Origin: a virus
Length of the DNA stretch: 64,000 nucleotides
IMG/VR virus record: IMGVR_UViG_3300044294_000190
Span: 9,596-73,595 of that record
Direction: 5' to 3' (one strand)
Positions 47,690 to 57,245 of the stretch are shown here, one piece after another. The stretch's first letter is position 1. Every line of letters begins with the position of its first letter. The notes under the pieces are model-generated. The model worked only from the letters and a program-made list of their open reading frames with translations. It was not told the origin of the DNA and did not search any database. The translations under genes were made by a program, and so were the position numbers.

Positions 47690-49255
47690 TCACCACCTAA
47701 TCGAGCCAGAACCAGTAAAAGTATAAATCCTGTAGCCGCCGCTGGTCACGACCGTCGGAGAACCGGTGGTGGAGGACGCGAGTGGAAACGTATCTGCGTA
47801 GCGAAGGATGACGATGCCAGAGCCGCCTGCACCACCAGTGCCATTGGCATAGTACCAACCACCCCCGCCGCCACTGCCTGTAAATTGTTGACCAGGAAAC
47901 GCCCCCGCATTATTACCATTACCACCACCGCCAGCGCCCCCACTGCCTGGGTCACCGTGACCACCACCACCACCACCGCCAGCCCTGGCGACAGAAGAAC
48001 CAGTTATTGATGAATTTAGACCTATTCCCCCGTTTCTTCCACTGCCCGCTCCGCCAGCACCACCGCCACCGCCACCGCCGTTGCCCGGAGCGGTGGCACC
48101 GCCATAACCCTGACCAGGCGTTCCCGTACCTGGTTGGCTTATTGGAAACTCGTAATTTGCACCACCACCACCACTACCGCCGCTTGATGCATTATTGGTA
48201 CCTGGGGTATAAGCGCCCCTACCGCCACCAATGGAAGTAATTGACGAAAATACTGAATTTGTACCATTGTTTCCGTAACTTTGAGTACCGCTGCCAGCAC
48301 CACCGCCACCAACCGTCACTGTGTATATTGTGTTGGACAATACGGTTATTGCGCTTTCTGCCGCATAGCCACCACCTGACGATTCGCCAGTTACCGACGA
48401 ACGATATCCGCCAGCGCCGCCGCCGCCAGCAGTTCCACCACTGCCACTCGCGCCACCAGCAATAACTAGATACTGAATCGGTATTCCGATAGTGGTGAAC
48501 GACAGCGCGGAAGATTCGCTGGAACCGGTTCCGAGAGCATTGACCGCCTTCAACTTCACTTGATACGAAGTTCCAAAGGACAACCCAGTAATCGTTATCG
48601 GGCTTGTGCCGTCCGCTGGCGACAACGCGACGTACTCGCTAAACGTTGAACCTCCGTTGGTGGAGAGAGCGTATTGGTAGTTGGTAATCGTTGAGCCGCC
48701 GTCCGCTCCAGCCGAGAAAGAAATCGTCACCGTTGTTTCGGTCGTGCTCACCACCGCGAGACTCGTCGGAGCGGCAGTCGGAACGGTGGTGATTGCCGCT
48801 GTCCACGCCGAACCGTTCCATCTTTGCAATGCCTGCGTGTCGGTCATGAACGCGAACTGACCGTTGAACGGACTGGTGATGACCGAATCTCTTAGCGCGG
48901 TGGTGGTGACGGTGATACCAGAAAGACCGGAGGCGAGTTTGTTCTGCGTGACGGAGCCGCTGAGTATCTTTGCTTCGGTCACGGCATCGGAAGCGATTTT
49001 CGCTGCCGTTATCGAACCGTCCGCAGGCGTGAGCGAAATGTCGCCTCCCAATTTCGCGGCAGTCACCGCACCGGCGGCGATCTTGGCCGTGGTGACGGCG
49101 TTACTGGCAAGTTCGCTCGAGCCAACTGAACCAGCCACAATTGAGGGCGTTAAGAAAGAGACGACCTTCCAAGTCGTACCGTTCCAGCGCCACGTTCGAG
49201 TACCCTCAGTGTAGGTCTGGTTGATCGTCGGGTTAGCGGGAAAAGACAGCGGCAC
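47690..49255 (-). CDS. Tail fibre with FN3 and glycine-rich domains
   Basis: FPANPT, VTTAKIA repeats, FN3 (DGGSTITNYQY..Y.V.LKAVN), YLVIAGG..GGSGIVILRY. Confidence 0.8.
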   Translation of the reverse strand: MPLSFPANPTINQTYTEGTRTWRWNGTTWKVVSFLTPSIVAGSVGSSELASNAVTTAKIAAGAVTAAKLGGDISLTPADGSITAAKIASDAVTEAKILSGSVTQNKLASGLSGITVTTTALRDSVITSPFNGQFAFMTDTQALQRWNGSAWTAAITTVPTAAPTSLAVVSTTETTVTISFSAGADGGSTITNYQYALSTNGGSTFSEYVALSPADGTSPITITGLSFGTSYQVKLKAVNALGTGSSESSALSFTTIGIPIQYLVIAGGASGSGGTAGGGGAGGYRSSVTGESSGGGYAAESAITVLSNTIYTVTVGGGGAGSGTQSYGNNGTNSVFSSITSIGGGRGAYTPGTNNASSGGSGGGGANYEFPISQPGTGTPGQGYGGATAPGNGGGGGGGAGGAGSGRNGGIGLNSSITGSSVARAGGGGGGGHGDPGSGGAGGGGNGNNAGAFPGQQFTGSGGGGGWYYANGTGGAGGSGIVILRYADTFPLASSTTGSPTVVTSGGYRIYTFTGSGSIRW

Positions 49256-49258
49256 GAA

Positions 49259-49621
49259 TTATTCTCCTTGAACGAATTCGTCCCAGCGTTGCTCGTCCTC
49301 GTTCCACACCCACATGCCTTCAGCTGGTCTGGCAACTGGCGCCTCCCAGTCGGTGGTCTCCTCGTTCAGCGTCCACGACGCGTACGGCTTGGGAGAGATG
49401 AACGCGTCAAGTTCCTCGTCGTACGCGTAGCCGACGCCAGCGTATCGTCCTCTGAAGTTGCCGTTGTAGGAAGTCTGTTTCCAAACGCCGCCCAGTAGCC
49501 CGGTGCAGAATTCCTGACCGAGCGGTTCCTTGGCGGGGAAGTCGCCTCCCTCAATCGCGTCGTTGTTGACGACGATGACTTGGGTGACGATTCCGTTTTC
49601 TATTTTTGCAAAGTGAGCCAT
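49259..49621 (-). CDS. MAHFA-type partner/chaperone of glycine-rich fibre
   Basis: MAHFAKI..VTQVIVV..WKQTSYN..FRGRYAG.G..YD..DAFI.PKPY.SW. Confidence 0.75.
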   Translation of the reverse strand: MAHFAKIENGIVTQVIVVNNDAIEGGDFPAKEPLGQEFCTGLLGGVWKQTSYNGNFRGRYAGVGYAYDEELDAFISPKPYASWTLNEETTDWEAPVARPAEGMWVWNEDEQRWDEFVQGE

Positions 49622-49637
49622 GTTATTCCTCCTGTGT

Positions 49638-50549
49638 TCACAGTGTTATGGAGCCCGAGCCGTTGAATGTGTATACGTGGTATCCGCCAGCGCCGTTGTT
49701 GTATGACGGGGAGCCAGTCGTTGATGAAGCAGCGGAGTGATTAGAGGTCGACCAGCGAATTATCACAATTCCGCTACCACCATTAGCACCATTCGCGCCG
49801 CACGCCAAACTTCTTCCTGATGCTCCACCGCCGCCACCGCCCGTATTTGCAGTGCCTGGACTTGCACTGTCGCAATTACTGTTTGCATTGCCGCCTCCCC
49901 CTTGTCCACCAGCGCCGCCAATCGAATCCCCATCATGCGCTCCACCACCTCCCCCTCCGCCATATCTTGTTGGTGTACCACTGATGCTGGAAAGAAGTCC
50001 TATCCCGCCAGAACCGCCATTGCCCGAACTGGCATTACTCCCAGAACTCCCTGCACCACCACCGCCACCACCAGCCATACCAGCTCGCGAACCGCCATTA
50101 TTGCCCTGTCCAGCCGTTCCTGTGCCGCCCTGCGCACTGTAATTACGACCAGCGCCACCACCAGAACCACCAGATGTTGGGTTGCCATAATCACCACCAC
50201 CCTGACCTCCACCATACGCTGTCAATGAAAACCCAGTTGAATTTAGACCTTGAGAACCACCATTTCCATCATTACGGGCTCCCCCACCCCCCACAACAAA
50301 AACATGTTGTAGGTTTTTTTCTAGTAATTTTGTGCCAGACAAAACACCGCCAGCCCCACCACCGCCGCCGCCAGCCCAATGGCAACCCCCACCACCACCT
50401 GCAACAATTAAATATTCAACAGATACGCTATTAAACGGCCAGACTGCTACGCCAACATTTTGTTGCTGTGTCGTCAAATCCCACAAACCAGAAGCGACGC
50501 TTGTGCTTATCGTTTGAAGCGGCCCAATTCTCCCACCACGCTTACGCAT
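49638..50549 (-). CDS. Glycine-rich domain fibre protein
   Basis: VEYLIVAGGGGG..ANTGGGGGG..GGSGIVIIRW..HVYTFNGSG. Confidence 0.8.
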   Translation of the reverse strand: MRKRGGRIGPLQTISTSVASGLWDLTTQQQNVGVAVWPFNSVSVEYLIVAGGGGGCHWAGGGGGGAGGVLSGTKLLEKNLQHVFVVGGGGARNDGNGGSQGLNSTGFSLTAYGGGQGGGDYGNPTSGGSGGGAGRNYSAQGGTGTAGQGNNGGSRAGMAGGGGGGAGSSGSNASSGNGGSGGIGLLSSISGTPTRYGGGGGGGAHDGDSIGGAGGQGGGGNANSNCDSASPGTANTGGGGGGASGRSLACGANGANGGSGIVIIRWSTSNHSAASSTTGSPSYNNGAGGYHVYTFNGSGSITL

Positions 50550-51226
50550 CAACTAATCTCCTCGTACGAGCAAACAGCCTCAAGGTCGGAATTTGTCGCA
50601 GCGGTGACGCGTAGCGCGTCACCTTCCTCCAAATAGATGGACTTGGAGATGATGTCCAACGTCGCGTCCGCTGGGACGGCGATGGTGTGGGCGATTTTGT
50701 ACGCGGTGGACGATCTGAAGATGTCCACGGTCACGTCGCAGGCATTGGTTCCGTCGACGTTCGCCACGTACAGGGCGTTCACCTTCAACACCTTGTTGGA
50801 GTTGCTCGCCGTACCCGTAATGTTGATTGTGCCAACCATGGTCGCATGGTATTGGCAAGCGTAGTAAAGGGTGTTCGGCGCGTCGGCGGGAACCTGGAAC
50901 GTGATGTAACCGAGTTCTGTGCCGTTGTTCGTGATGCCCGAAGTTACGACATTCGCGGCGTTGTACGCGCCCGAAGACGTTTGAATCCAGAAAGGGTGAC
51001 CAACCGCATTCACCTGAATGGTGTAGGTTGCGCCGCGAGTAAAGGAAAGCGTCGCGTTGTTCGAGCCTCCGACGACGAACGCCGATGCGCCGCTGTTGGT
51101 GACGACGATGGTTGTGCCCGCACTACTGCCCTCGTTCTTGAGAATCGGCGTGGGCGTGGTCGTGACGGCAAGAACTGCCGTTTTGCCCTTAATTGCCGTT
51201 ACGCCCACGATGTTTGGTGCTGCCAT
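50549..51226 (-). CDS. Jelly-roll fibre-associated protein with an inserted cupredoxin-like domain
   Basis: MAAPNIV..NVDG..YLEEGD flanks; insert GHPFWI..PNTLYYACQYHATMVG. Confidence 0.7.
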   Translation of the reverse strand: MAAPNIVGVTAIKGKTAVLAVTTTPTPILKNEGSSAGTTIVVTNSGASAFVVGGSNNATLSFTRGATYTIQVNAVGHPFWIQTSSGAYNAANVVTSGITNNGTELGYITFQVPADAPNTLYYACQYHATMVGTINITGTASNSNKVLKVNALYVANVDGTNACDVTVDIFRSSTAYKIAHTIAVPADATLDIISKSIYLEEGDALRVTAATNSDLEAVCSYEEIS

Positions 51227-51229
51227 AAG

Positions 51230-52162
51230 TTATCCTCCGAACACAATTGACATGGCGATTGCTTTGCCCGTCGATGCTTTTGCGTTTAACTGTGTCTGTA
51301 TTGACGATGATACGCCATCCAGATATCCGAGTTCTGTGGAGTCAACGGAACCAATCGATGTGCTCGACGGAAGCGTTACCGTTCCCGTGAATGTCGGAGA
51401 AACAGTCGGTGCGTAATTTGGGGTCGTCCATTCAAGACCCGTCGCCGTGGAAGAGTTAGCCGACAACAGTTGCCCATTTGTTCCGACGCTAATTTTTGAA
51501 ACGGTATTGTCTGCTGTGCCGACAAATAGGTCGCCTTTGGCATCAATTGTGTTAATTAATAATTCACTTGCCGTTGCGCCAATTTCAATCCATACCGAAT
51601 TGTAATAGATATATGTAGTTCCATCGTCAGAGTCAAACCACAGCTCTCCTTGAACCGGGGTGGGTGGGGCCGATGATGAAACAGTAACTTTTTGTCCCAC
51701 CCCAGGATTGCCAATCTCAATCCAATAGGAGTCATAATAAACAAACATTTTGGCACTAGTGGAATCAAACCACAAATCCCCAATTACTGGACCGACTGGC
51801 GCGGTATTAGAAACAGTTACCGATGCTCCACCGCCGCCACCGCCAAAGGTTGCCGATGCGGAAACAAACTTTGTACCGTTGTATTTAAGAACATGATCAA
51901 CACTTGCGCCCGATGGGTCAATTTGAATATCGTTGACAAAAAGAGCATTAGCCTTAAATGTGTCGTCTGTTTTTAAAACGTTGGCAGAATCCCTGTAAAG
52001 GTTTGTATCTCCAGCGCCAGATCCGGGACCCCATGTAATGCGTCCACCAGCTTCAAGTTTTAATCTTGCGTAAACATCTGCGTCAATAAAAACGGTGATG
52101 GCATCAGAACCGGTTGATGTCAACTGTTTAACAGTAATGGGTACTGTAAATTTTTGAGCCAC
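51230..52162 (-). CDS. Tail fibre / structural protein with a tandem repeat module
   Basis: Two copies of VS..AP..P..G[DE]LWFDS..YY..WIEIG; DAKGDL; ELGYLDGV. Confidence 0.75.
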   Translation of the reverse strand: MAQKFTVPITVKQLTSTGSDAITVFIDADVYARLKLEAGGRITWGPGSGAGDTNLYRDSANVLKTDDTFKANALFVNDIQIDPSGASVDHVLKYNGTKFVSASATFGGGGGGASVTVSNTAPVGPVIGDLWFDSTSAKMFVYYDSYWIEIGNPGVGQKVTVSSSAPPTPVQGELWFDSDDGTTYIYYNSVWIEIGATASELLINTIDAKGDLFVGTADNTVSKISVGTNGQLLSANSSTATGLEWTTPNYAPTVSPTFTGTVTLPSSTSIGSVDSTELGYLDGVSSSIQTQLNAKASTGKAIAMSIVFGG

Positions 52163-52208
52163 GACCTCAATCGCTTTCTATGTCAGCCCCGCAAGGCTTT
52201 ATATTTTG

Positions 52209-53510
52209 TTAACCAGTTACAACAATGATGTAATCATTTGCCAAAATCGTTCCGTAAAGAACAATTGACAAAGAATTACCGTTGGAACGAGTAACATCAC
52301 CAATAACAGTTGCTCCAGTTAAAACTTCGTAAATCTGGACAACAACATCAGTAGTGCCAAAGTTGTGGGTTACTACAGTGGTGGAGACTCCCGAAGCGCT
52401 AGCGGCACACCCCTGTTTGGCAACGCGAGCAAGGGTCGGAGTGGAAGTGGTGCGACCAGATGCTTCAGCCGCAGCAGAAGCGAGGTTTGTACGAGCGCCA
52501 GACTCAGTAGACGACCCAGTACCACCAGCCGTGACTGCAACATCAGTTGCATCCCACGTACCAGTTGTGATAGTGCCAAGAGTTGTGATGCTTGCTTGAC
52601 CGACGTAAGTAGAAGCAATGTCAACTGCATCAGACGTGATGGCCGTGCGATTGTCAACAACGTTGACATTGAGGACGTTTCCAGTTTTAGAAAGACCGTT
52701 ACCCGCAAGAATTGTTCCAGCAACAGAGAACAATGCCCACGTAAGCCCCGTAGATCCAAGGGCAATTGTTCCGTCGGTTGTGAGCACCCAACCGCTATCT
52801 GCGTTAACCGTACCTTCTTCAACAAAAGTAAATGCACCCGGAGTTACCTCAGCATCAGAGTCAAAATCACTTGCACGAACTGCTGCACCAGACGCTTGAA
52901 CGATATAAATACCATTTTCAGAAGCTGTGCTTTGGTCTTTAACAAGGACACGATCACCAGTAGCAAGGGTGACAGTCGTATCAAGAGTGTCGCCATTTTC
53001 AAGATCAGTGGCAAGGTTGATGGGGGCAGTTGTCGCGGCTCGAACCGACTGCTTAACATCCAAACCAGAACGTGCGGCATCAACGTATCCCTTTGTCGCG
53101 GCATGTGCTGGATCAGTGGGGGGTCCAAACTTTGCTTGACTGTTAGAATCACGAATAACCAATTTGCTTGCAGTGGCATCAGCAGTGGCATCGGCCAACT
53201 TTGTGTAGTCCCCAGATGACATAAGACCGGCTGCCCCAGAACCCGAAAGGTTTGGAGTAACCGTTACAGACCCATTAGACTCACTAACGGTAAGCGCTGC
53301 GGCGTAAGAACCCGCCGATGAAATACTTGTAAGGGCCTTGCGCCATCCCGGCAAACCAGCGTCGTAAACCTTAATAACACCTTCGGTGCTATTAAAAATC
53401 AATCGACCATCAAAATTACCGGTGTTGGGGTCTGTAGCAAGAACCTCAAAAGTGGCATTAAGCAATTGATTTTGGTTAAGATCAATATTTGTCAAAAACT
53501 TTTGAGCCAT
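52209..53510 (-). CDS. Tail fibre / structural protein
   Basis: AATKGYVD, KQSVRAATT, GDRVLVKDQ..ENGIY, FVEEG, VTHNFGT.DV. Confidence 0.8.
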   Translation of the reverse strand: MAQKFLTNIDLNQNQLLNATFEVLATDPNTGNFDGRLIFNSTEGVIKVYDAGLPGWRKALTSISSAGSYAAALTVSESNGSVTVTPNLSGSGAAGLMSSGDYTKLADATADATASKLVIRDSNSQAKFGPPTDPAHAATKGYVDAARSGLDVKQSVRAATTAPINLATDLENGDTLDTTVTLATGDRVLVKDQSTASENGIYIVQASGAAVRASDFDSDAEVTPGAFTFVEEGTVNADSGWVLTTDGTIALGSTGLTWALFSVAGTILAGNGLSKTGNVLNVNVVDNRTAITSDAVDIASTYVGQASITTLGTITTGTWDATDVAVTAGGTGSSTESGARTNLASAAAEASGRTTSTPTLARVAKQGCAASASGVSTTVVTHNFGTTDVVVQIYEVLTGATVIGDVTRSNGNSLSIVLYGTILANDYIIVVTG

Positions 53511-53520
53511 TACAAGGTCC

Positions 53521-53910
53521 TTACGTTAAGTAGGCGTATCCGGAAAACGCCGATGAAAAGTTTACTACAACTTGTGAAGTGTTAGTGTACGTGATTTCTC
53601 CGTATACAACCGTTTGTGCGCTGTCTACAACAAACACCCCCGGATATCCGCCCAAGGCATGGTTTATTGTCCATGTAGTGGCTGGAGTTCCCTGAGTATG
53701 GATATGTCTACCCGTAGCGGGTAGGACAAGATTAAGAACTTGGCTGGGAGAAACACCCGTGATGCTGGCGGAAGGTTGCCCAGTGGTAACAGTTCCAATG
53801 GTCAAAACATTGGGAGGTCCAGCTACGCCCGGCTCAGTAACCTGAATAATGTTAGATTTTTTTTCTTTTACAGAAACGGTTTTACGTTTTCTGGTTATCT
53901 CAACGGTCAT
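53521..53910 (-). CDS. Fibre-associated structural protein
   Basis: HTQG.PA.TWTINHALGGYP..FSGYAYL. Confidence 0.7.
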   Translation of the reverse strand: MTVEITRKRKTVSVKEKKSNIIQVTEPGVAGPPNVLTIGTVTTGQPSASITGVSPSQVLNLVLPATGRHIHTQGTPATTWTINHALGGYPGVFVVDSAQTVVYGEITYTNTSQVVVNFSSAFSGYAYLT

Positions 53911-54617
53911 ACGGGCTCTACCGACACGGCCTCTTCAACAACAAGTGTGCCTTTAACCATTTGGTCCCAGTCACCTGCAGAGTCTTTTACAAACAAATCA
54001 TAGGTGTAACTGCCGGAGGCAATTGTATTAAGATTAGAAATGTGTAATTGCAAGGTTGCTCCCGTCGCCGGGGCAAGGTACCCACGTCTATTAGCTGGAT
54101 TAAGGCTGGCAATGGTGTCTTCACTAGGCGGTGAGTTGTACCAACGAATGTCCAGGACTACTGTTCCACTAGCATCTTTAGCTTGCATAAAAGCATTTTG
54201 AACAATCAAAACATCCCCGTCTTCGTCTTTCCACGAAAAGGTCCGACGATAGTCCGTTCGCTGTGTGTATCGAAGTTCCATTGCGTCGTCATCCTCCAAT
54301 GGGGTGATTGCTCCATAAGTGCTGACGGCAAGTCGGCCCTTAGCTATTGGTTGGTAAACAGAATTAACAGTTGCCCAAACATCATACGACAGATAGCCTT
54401 CAGGCAAATCCAAAGTCTCATCTTCGTTTAAAGACAGCAGTATATTGTGGTTCCTTATAACAGTGGCGTAAATTTCCTTTTTATGGTTGTCATCAACCTG
54501 AATGTAGGCGTTAGGGTCCGATACTTTTAAACACCAGCGAGTTTGTCGACTTTTTACACTAATTTGACGATCCCACGGCAGCCCACGTGTAATAGAATAA
54601 TTAACAGTAGTAATCAT
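53907..54617 (-). CDS. BppU-like Ig-fold protein (two tandem domains)
   Basis: Twice YD[VL]..KG.L.V. Confidence 0.6.
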   Translation of the reverse strand: MITTVNYSITRGLPWDRQISVKSRQTRWCLKVSDPNAYIQVDDNHKKEIYATVIRNHNILLSLNEDETLDLPEGYLSYDVWATVNSVYQPIAKGRLAVSTYGAITPLEDDDAMELRYTQRTDYRRTFSWKDEDGDVLIVQNAFMQAKDASGTVVLDIRWYNSPPSEDTIASLNPANRRGYLAPATGATLQLHISNLNTIASGSYTYDLFVKDSAGDWDQMVKGTLVVEEAVSVEPV

Positions 54618-54913
54618 TGGCCGTGTTTTTTTCTGGGAAAATCGTGCCCAATTTGAACCATCTGTCTACGAATTCTGGCCTCATTATTTTTAACTGCTCG
54701 ATGATCAGATGGGGTGCTTGCAATGTGTACCAACCCGTCTCCTTCAATTCGAAGTTGTATATGACCATTTTTTAACAAAAACCCCGCTACCCTAGTTGAT
54801 CCTTGGGACACTCTTCCCAACATTTCCCTATGAGCATCGTCCCTAGTTAAGCTGCGTATCCTGCCTTCGGTTAGGGCATGCTGATCCCAATTAAGGTGTT
54901 GCTCAGTGCCCAT
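54614..54913 (-). CDS. HicA-like protein with a leader variant (EQHLNWDQH)
   Basis: KNGHIQL..ASTPSD.RA.KN..ARIRR. Confidence 0.55.
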   Translation of the reverse strand: MGTEQHLNWDQHALTEGRIRSLTRDDAHREMLGRVSQGSTRVAGFLLKNGHIQLRIEGDGLVHIASTPSDHRAVKNNEARIRRQMVQIGHDFPRKKHGQ

Positions 54914-55056
54914 CAGTACACCCCCTCACAACAGGCATCTCTGCATCCACAATTAGTGCATTTGTAGTGAGCATGCTCTGGGCGCATCCGACAACCGCAG
55001 CGAACACACTGCTCGCTGGTATCTTCGGAATCTGGGGTGTCAATTACGTCAACCAC
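54913..55056 (-). CDS. 47-aa zinc-finger micro-protein (not in the ORF track)
   Basis: TAGAAT-N6-GTG; CVRCGCRMRPEHAHYKCTNCGCRDACCEG. Confidence 0.65.
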   Translation of the reverse strand: MVDVIDTPDSEDTSEQCVRCGCRMRPEHAHYKCTNCGCRDACCEGVY

Positions 55057-55065
55057 CCCAATATT

Positions 55066-55329
55066 CTACTCGATGTCGGGAGGCACCATATCTGCTGGCA
55101 TACGGTATGGGAGATGGGATCCCATGTGTTGGAGAGCTTCTTTCCAGTCTTCTGGGCTTTCCAAAACCCGAACCACGTGGACGCAGGGATCATGCCCCTG
55201 GTCAAATTCAAACTCTTCCTCAATAGTTAAAGGAACGCCGTCATGGGTGTAGCACACAGGCCACAAACACCACTTTTGAGAGACCCCGTATTCCAACCAC
55301 TCTTCAAAAGTCATTTTCTTTTTACCCAT
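55066..55329 (-). CDS. Hypothetical metal-binding protein
   Basis: WC..VC.THDG.P..DPC.HV. Confidence 0.65.
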   Translation of the reverse strand: MGKKKMTFEEWLEYGVSQKWCLWPVCYTHDGVPLTIEEEFEFDQGHDPCVHVVRVLESPEDWKEALQHMGSHLPYRMPADMVPPDIE

Positions 55330-55338
55330 GTTTTGCCC

Positions 55339-55488
55339 CTAGTTGACTTGTAGTGTTACCTCGTACACACCATACTCGGTCTGTGCAATGGACAAAACCA
55401 TAAACGCTGTATAGCCTTGCGCCTTAGCAAGATTGATTGCTTGGTTTCGGGCGTCGTTTAGCGCCGGGGTTGTGATAGTGTACGTCAC
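55339..55488 (-). CDS. Small hypothetical protein (not in the ORF track)
   Basis: TTGACA-N17-TAACGT-N6-GTG; alternative ATG at 55494. Confidence 0.5.
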   Translation of the reverse strand: MTYTITTPALNDARNQAINLAKAQGYTAFMVLSIAQTEYGVYEVTLQVN

Positions 55489-55494
55489 GACCAT

Positions 55495-55523
55495 ACGTTA
55501 TCAGTGCCTTTGCTCAATGTCAA
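55495..55523 (-). promoter_or_regulatory. Housekeeping-sigma promoter (leaderless)
   Basis: TTGACA at 55523-55518, 17-nt spacer, TAACGT at 55500-55495. Confidence 0.6.
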
Positions 55524-55681
55524 CTATCCTTATGAAACTTTTTAATTTTCTTTTTGGATCTTCGATCCCCGGACGACATCCTATTTTTCTTGCCTAAATG
55601 AGATTTCCACCTGTCGTCTACGTTTTCGTCTTCGTCTTCGTATGACGAAAAAAATTGTTCACTTAGTCGATTTTTGTTCAT
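55520..55681 (-). CDS. 53-aa acidic/basic micro-protein (MNKNRLSEQF...)
   Basis: Overlaps the upstream ORF; LSEQF resembles the leader core. Confidence 0.45.
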   Translation of the reverse strand: MNKNRLSEQFFSSYEDEDENVDDRWKSHLGKKNRMSSGDRRSKKKIKKFHKDS

Positions 55682-55808
55682 TAATACGTAAAATTCCAAG
55701 TGTTGTGTATAGTTTTTGTTCTTTGGGGTTTAAAGGAGTTCCCAAAGATGACAGCAAGCTTTTAATTCGCTGCTTTCCGTAGTCACCCAAACCTAATTGT
55801 TTACTCAT
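55659..55808 (-). CDS. 49-aa micro-protein (MSKQLGLGDYGKQRIK...)
   Basis: Shares the GLGxxG[KR]QR[IV][KR] motif with 40611..41282. Confidence 0.5.
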   Translation of the reverse strand: MSKQLGLGDYGKQRIKSLLSSLGTPLNPKEQKLYTTLGILRINEQKSTK

Positions 55809-55826
55809 ATGTATGGCAATAATACA

Positions 55827-57203
55827 TCATCGGCCCCACCCACCAAATATTCTGTCAAGACGATCCTTTTTATCTTGATTCTTTGGTTTATAATCATCCC
55901 TGCGCATTTGTTCACGAGTAAGTTTTTTAGGGGGGGTCAACTTGGGTTCAGGATCATCCCACAGTTTTAGTTGGTTTTGGGCTTGCTTTCGTTGGTGCAC
56001 AGTTTCGTGATATTTGTACGTATCAACAGCGTGGTTTGCAACCCCACTAAACCCAAGTTGATGCATGCTTTCATGGATAACTGGATTTTCATGAAGAAGT
56101 TGTCCTAAAAACAACGCCCGTGCTTCGTTTTTAAATGTTGGTGCGTTTAGGTAATCGTACGAACCTAACCTTGGTGCCTCGTATTCGGGTTCACTTATTT
56201 TCCTATCTTCGTTTTCTCGCTTTTTTTCTTCTAACCATTTTGTACCACTTTCATGTAAATGCTTGTCAATAAGTTCGTTTATTTTTGGTAATTGACTAAT
56301 TCCGTTGATACCATGCATTCCCACGTGCAGACGAGTTGCGGCGTACAAAGCTTGTTCTTGTTTGTTTGTCCAATACTTAGCCCTTGTGGTGTATCCACCC
56401 CTGCGCACCAAGTCTTCTGTGCGAAGTGGGTGGGAAGGGTGGAGTCTTGACTCGTTTTCAAAATCTAGTTTTTTGGTAACTGCGTAACGTTCAGCTATGC
56501 CGTCAGCAATTCCTTCTGAAGTTGGCGAAATAACTGACTTTCCTCTCCTCTCCTCCATCACCCTTTCCCCACCTACCGAGGACAACCCGGTCCTTCTTTT
56601 TTCAAAAAAAGGTACTCGAAGATGCGAATCAAATGCATGACCAAGTTCGTGAGCAAACGTTTCTTGATCGTATTCCCGTCCACCATGATATTTGTCCAGC
56701 GACTCGGCTCGCATGTTCACTTCATTAAGCAGGGGGTTGTAGGATCCGGCGACGCGCCACTGCATCGACGGAACCGTAATCTTGGCTTTTGTTTGTTCTA
56801 GTTCTTGTTTTGAAAAATTAGTTTTTGCAATGTTTTCGTGTATTTCCTTGGCTCGACTTGATTCTGGTAACAGTTTCTTAATTTTAAAAAGTTGCTGAAT
56901 GTCTGAAAGGCGCTGCTCGTGGGGGTACAAAGGATCGCCAGGTCTATATGTGGCTGTTTCTGGGGCAAACAACATTCCCTGCGGGTACTCTGTGACTTGG
57001 TAGTCGGTAATCTTATCAGGAGTGGTGACTTCCTCTTTAACGTACTCGTAATCTCTGAAAAATGTACCCATTTGTTCAGCTTGCCGCTTTTCAACCTGAG
57101 TTAATCCGGATTCCGGATCTTTCTTTTCTTTGATTGTTTTGTACGCGGTTTCTCCCGACTCAACGGTGTAGGTGTTATTAAACTGTGAACCAAGTTGAGG
57201 CAT
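55827..57203 (-). CDS. Zincin metallopeptidase-domain protein
   Basis: AGSYNP, TFAHELGHAFD, EGIADG; leaderless start MPQLGSQF at 57203. Confidence 0.7.
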   Translation of the reverse strand: MPQLGSQFNNTYTVESGETAYKTIKEKKDPESGLTQVEKRQAEQMGTFFRDYEYVKEEVTTPDKITDYQVTEYPQGMLFAPETATYRPGDPLYPHEQRLSDIQQLFKIKKLLPESSRAKEIHENIAKTNFSKQELEQTKAKITVPSMQWRVAGSYNPLLNEVNMRAESLDKYHGGREYDQETFAHELGHAFDSHLRVPFFEKRRTGLSSVGGERVMEERRGKSVISPTSEGIADGIAERYAVTKKLDFENESRLHPSHPLRTEDLVRRGGYTTRAKYWTNKQEQALYAATRLHVGMHGINGISQLPKINELIDKHLHESGTKWLEEKKRENEDRKISEPEYEAPRLGSYDYLNAPTFKNEARALFLGQLLHENPVIHESMHQLGFSGVANHAVDTYKYHETVHQRKQAQNQLKLWDDPEPKLTPPKKLTREQMRRDDYKPKNQDKKDRLDRIFGGWGR

Positions 57204-57245
57204 TACAAGATTATACCCTAGGTAAATTAACGATAGAATAAGTAA
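57204..57245. promoter_or_regulatory. Back-to-back leaderless promoters
   Basis: Minus-strand TATAAT (57215-57210)-N6-ATG and plus-strand TAGAAT (57234-57239)-N6-GTG. Confidence 0.65.

Noticed and set aside
47700-50400. CCA/CCG-rich tracts as microsatellites
   Set aside because: They simply encode poly-Gly in fibre domains. The same applies to the GGAAP repeats at about 21225-21272.
52365-53219. Long antisense ORFs (also 2788..3342, 28557..29042, 50687..51250, 47459..48010)
   Set aside because: Shadow frames of strongly supported minus-strand genes, with no motifs.
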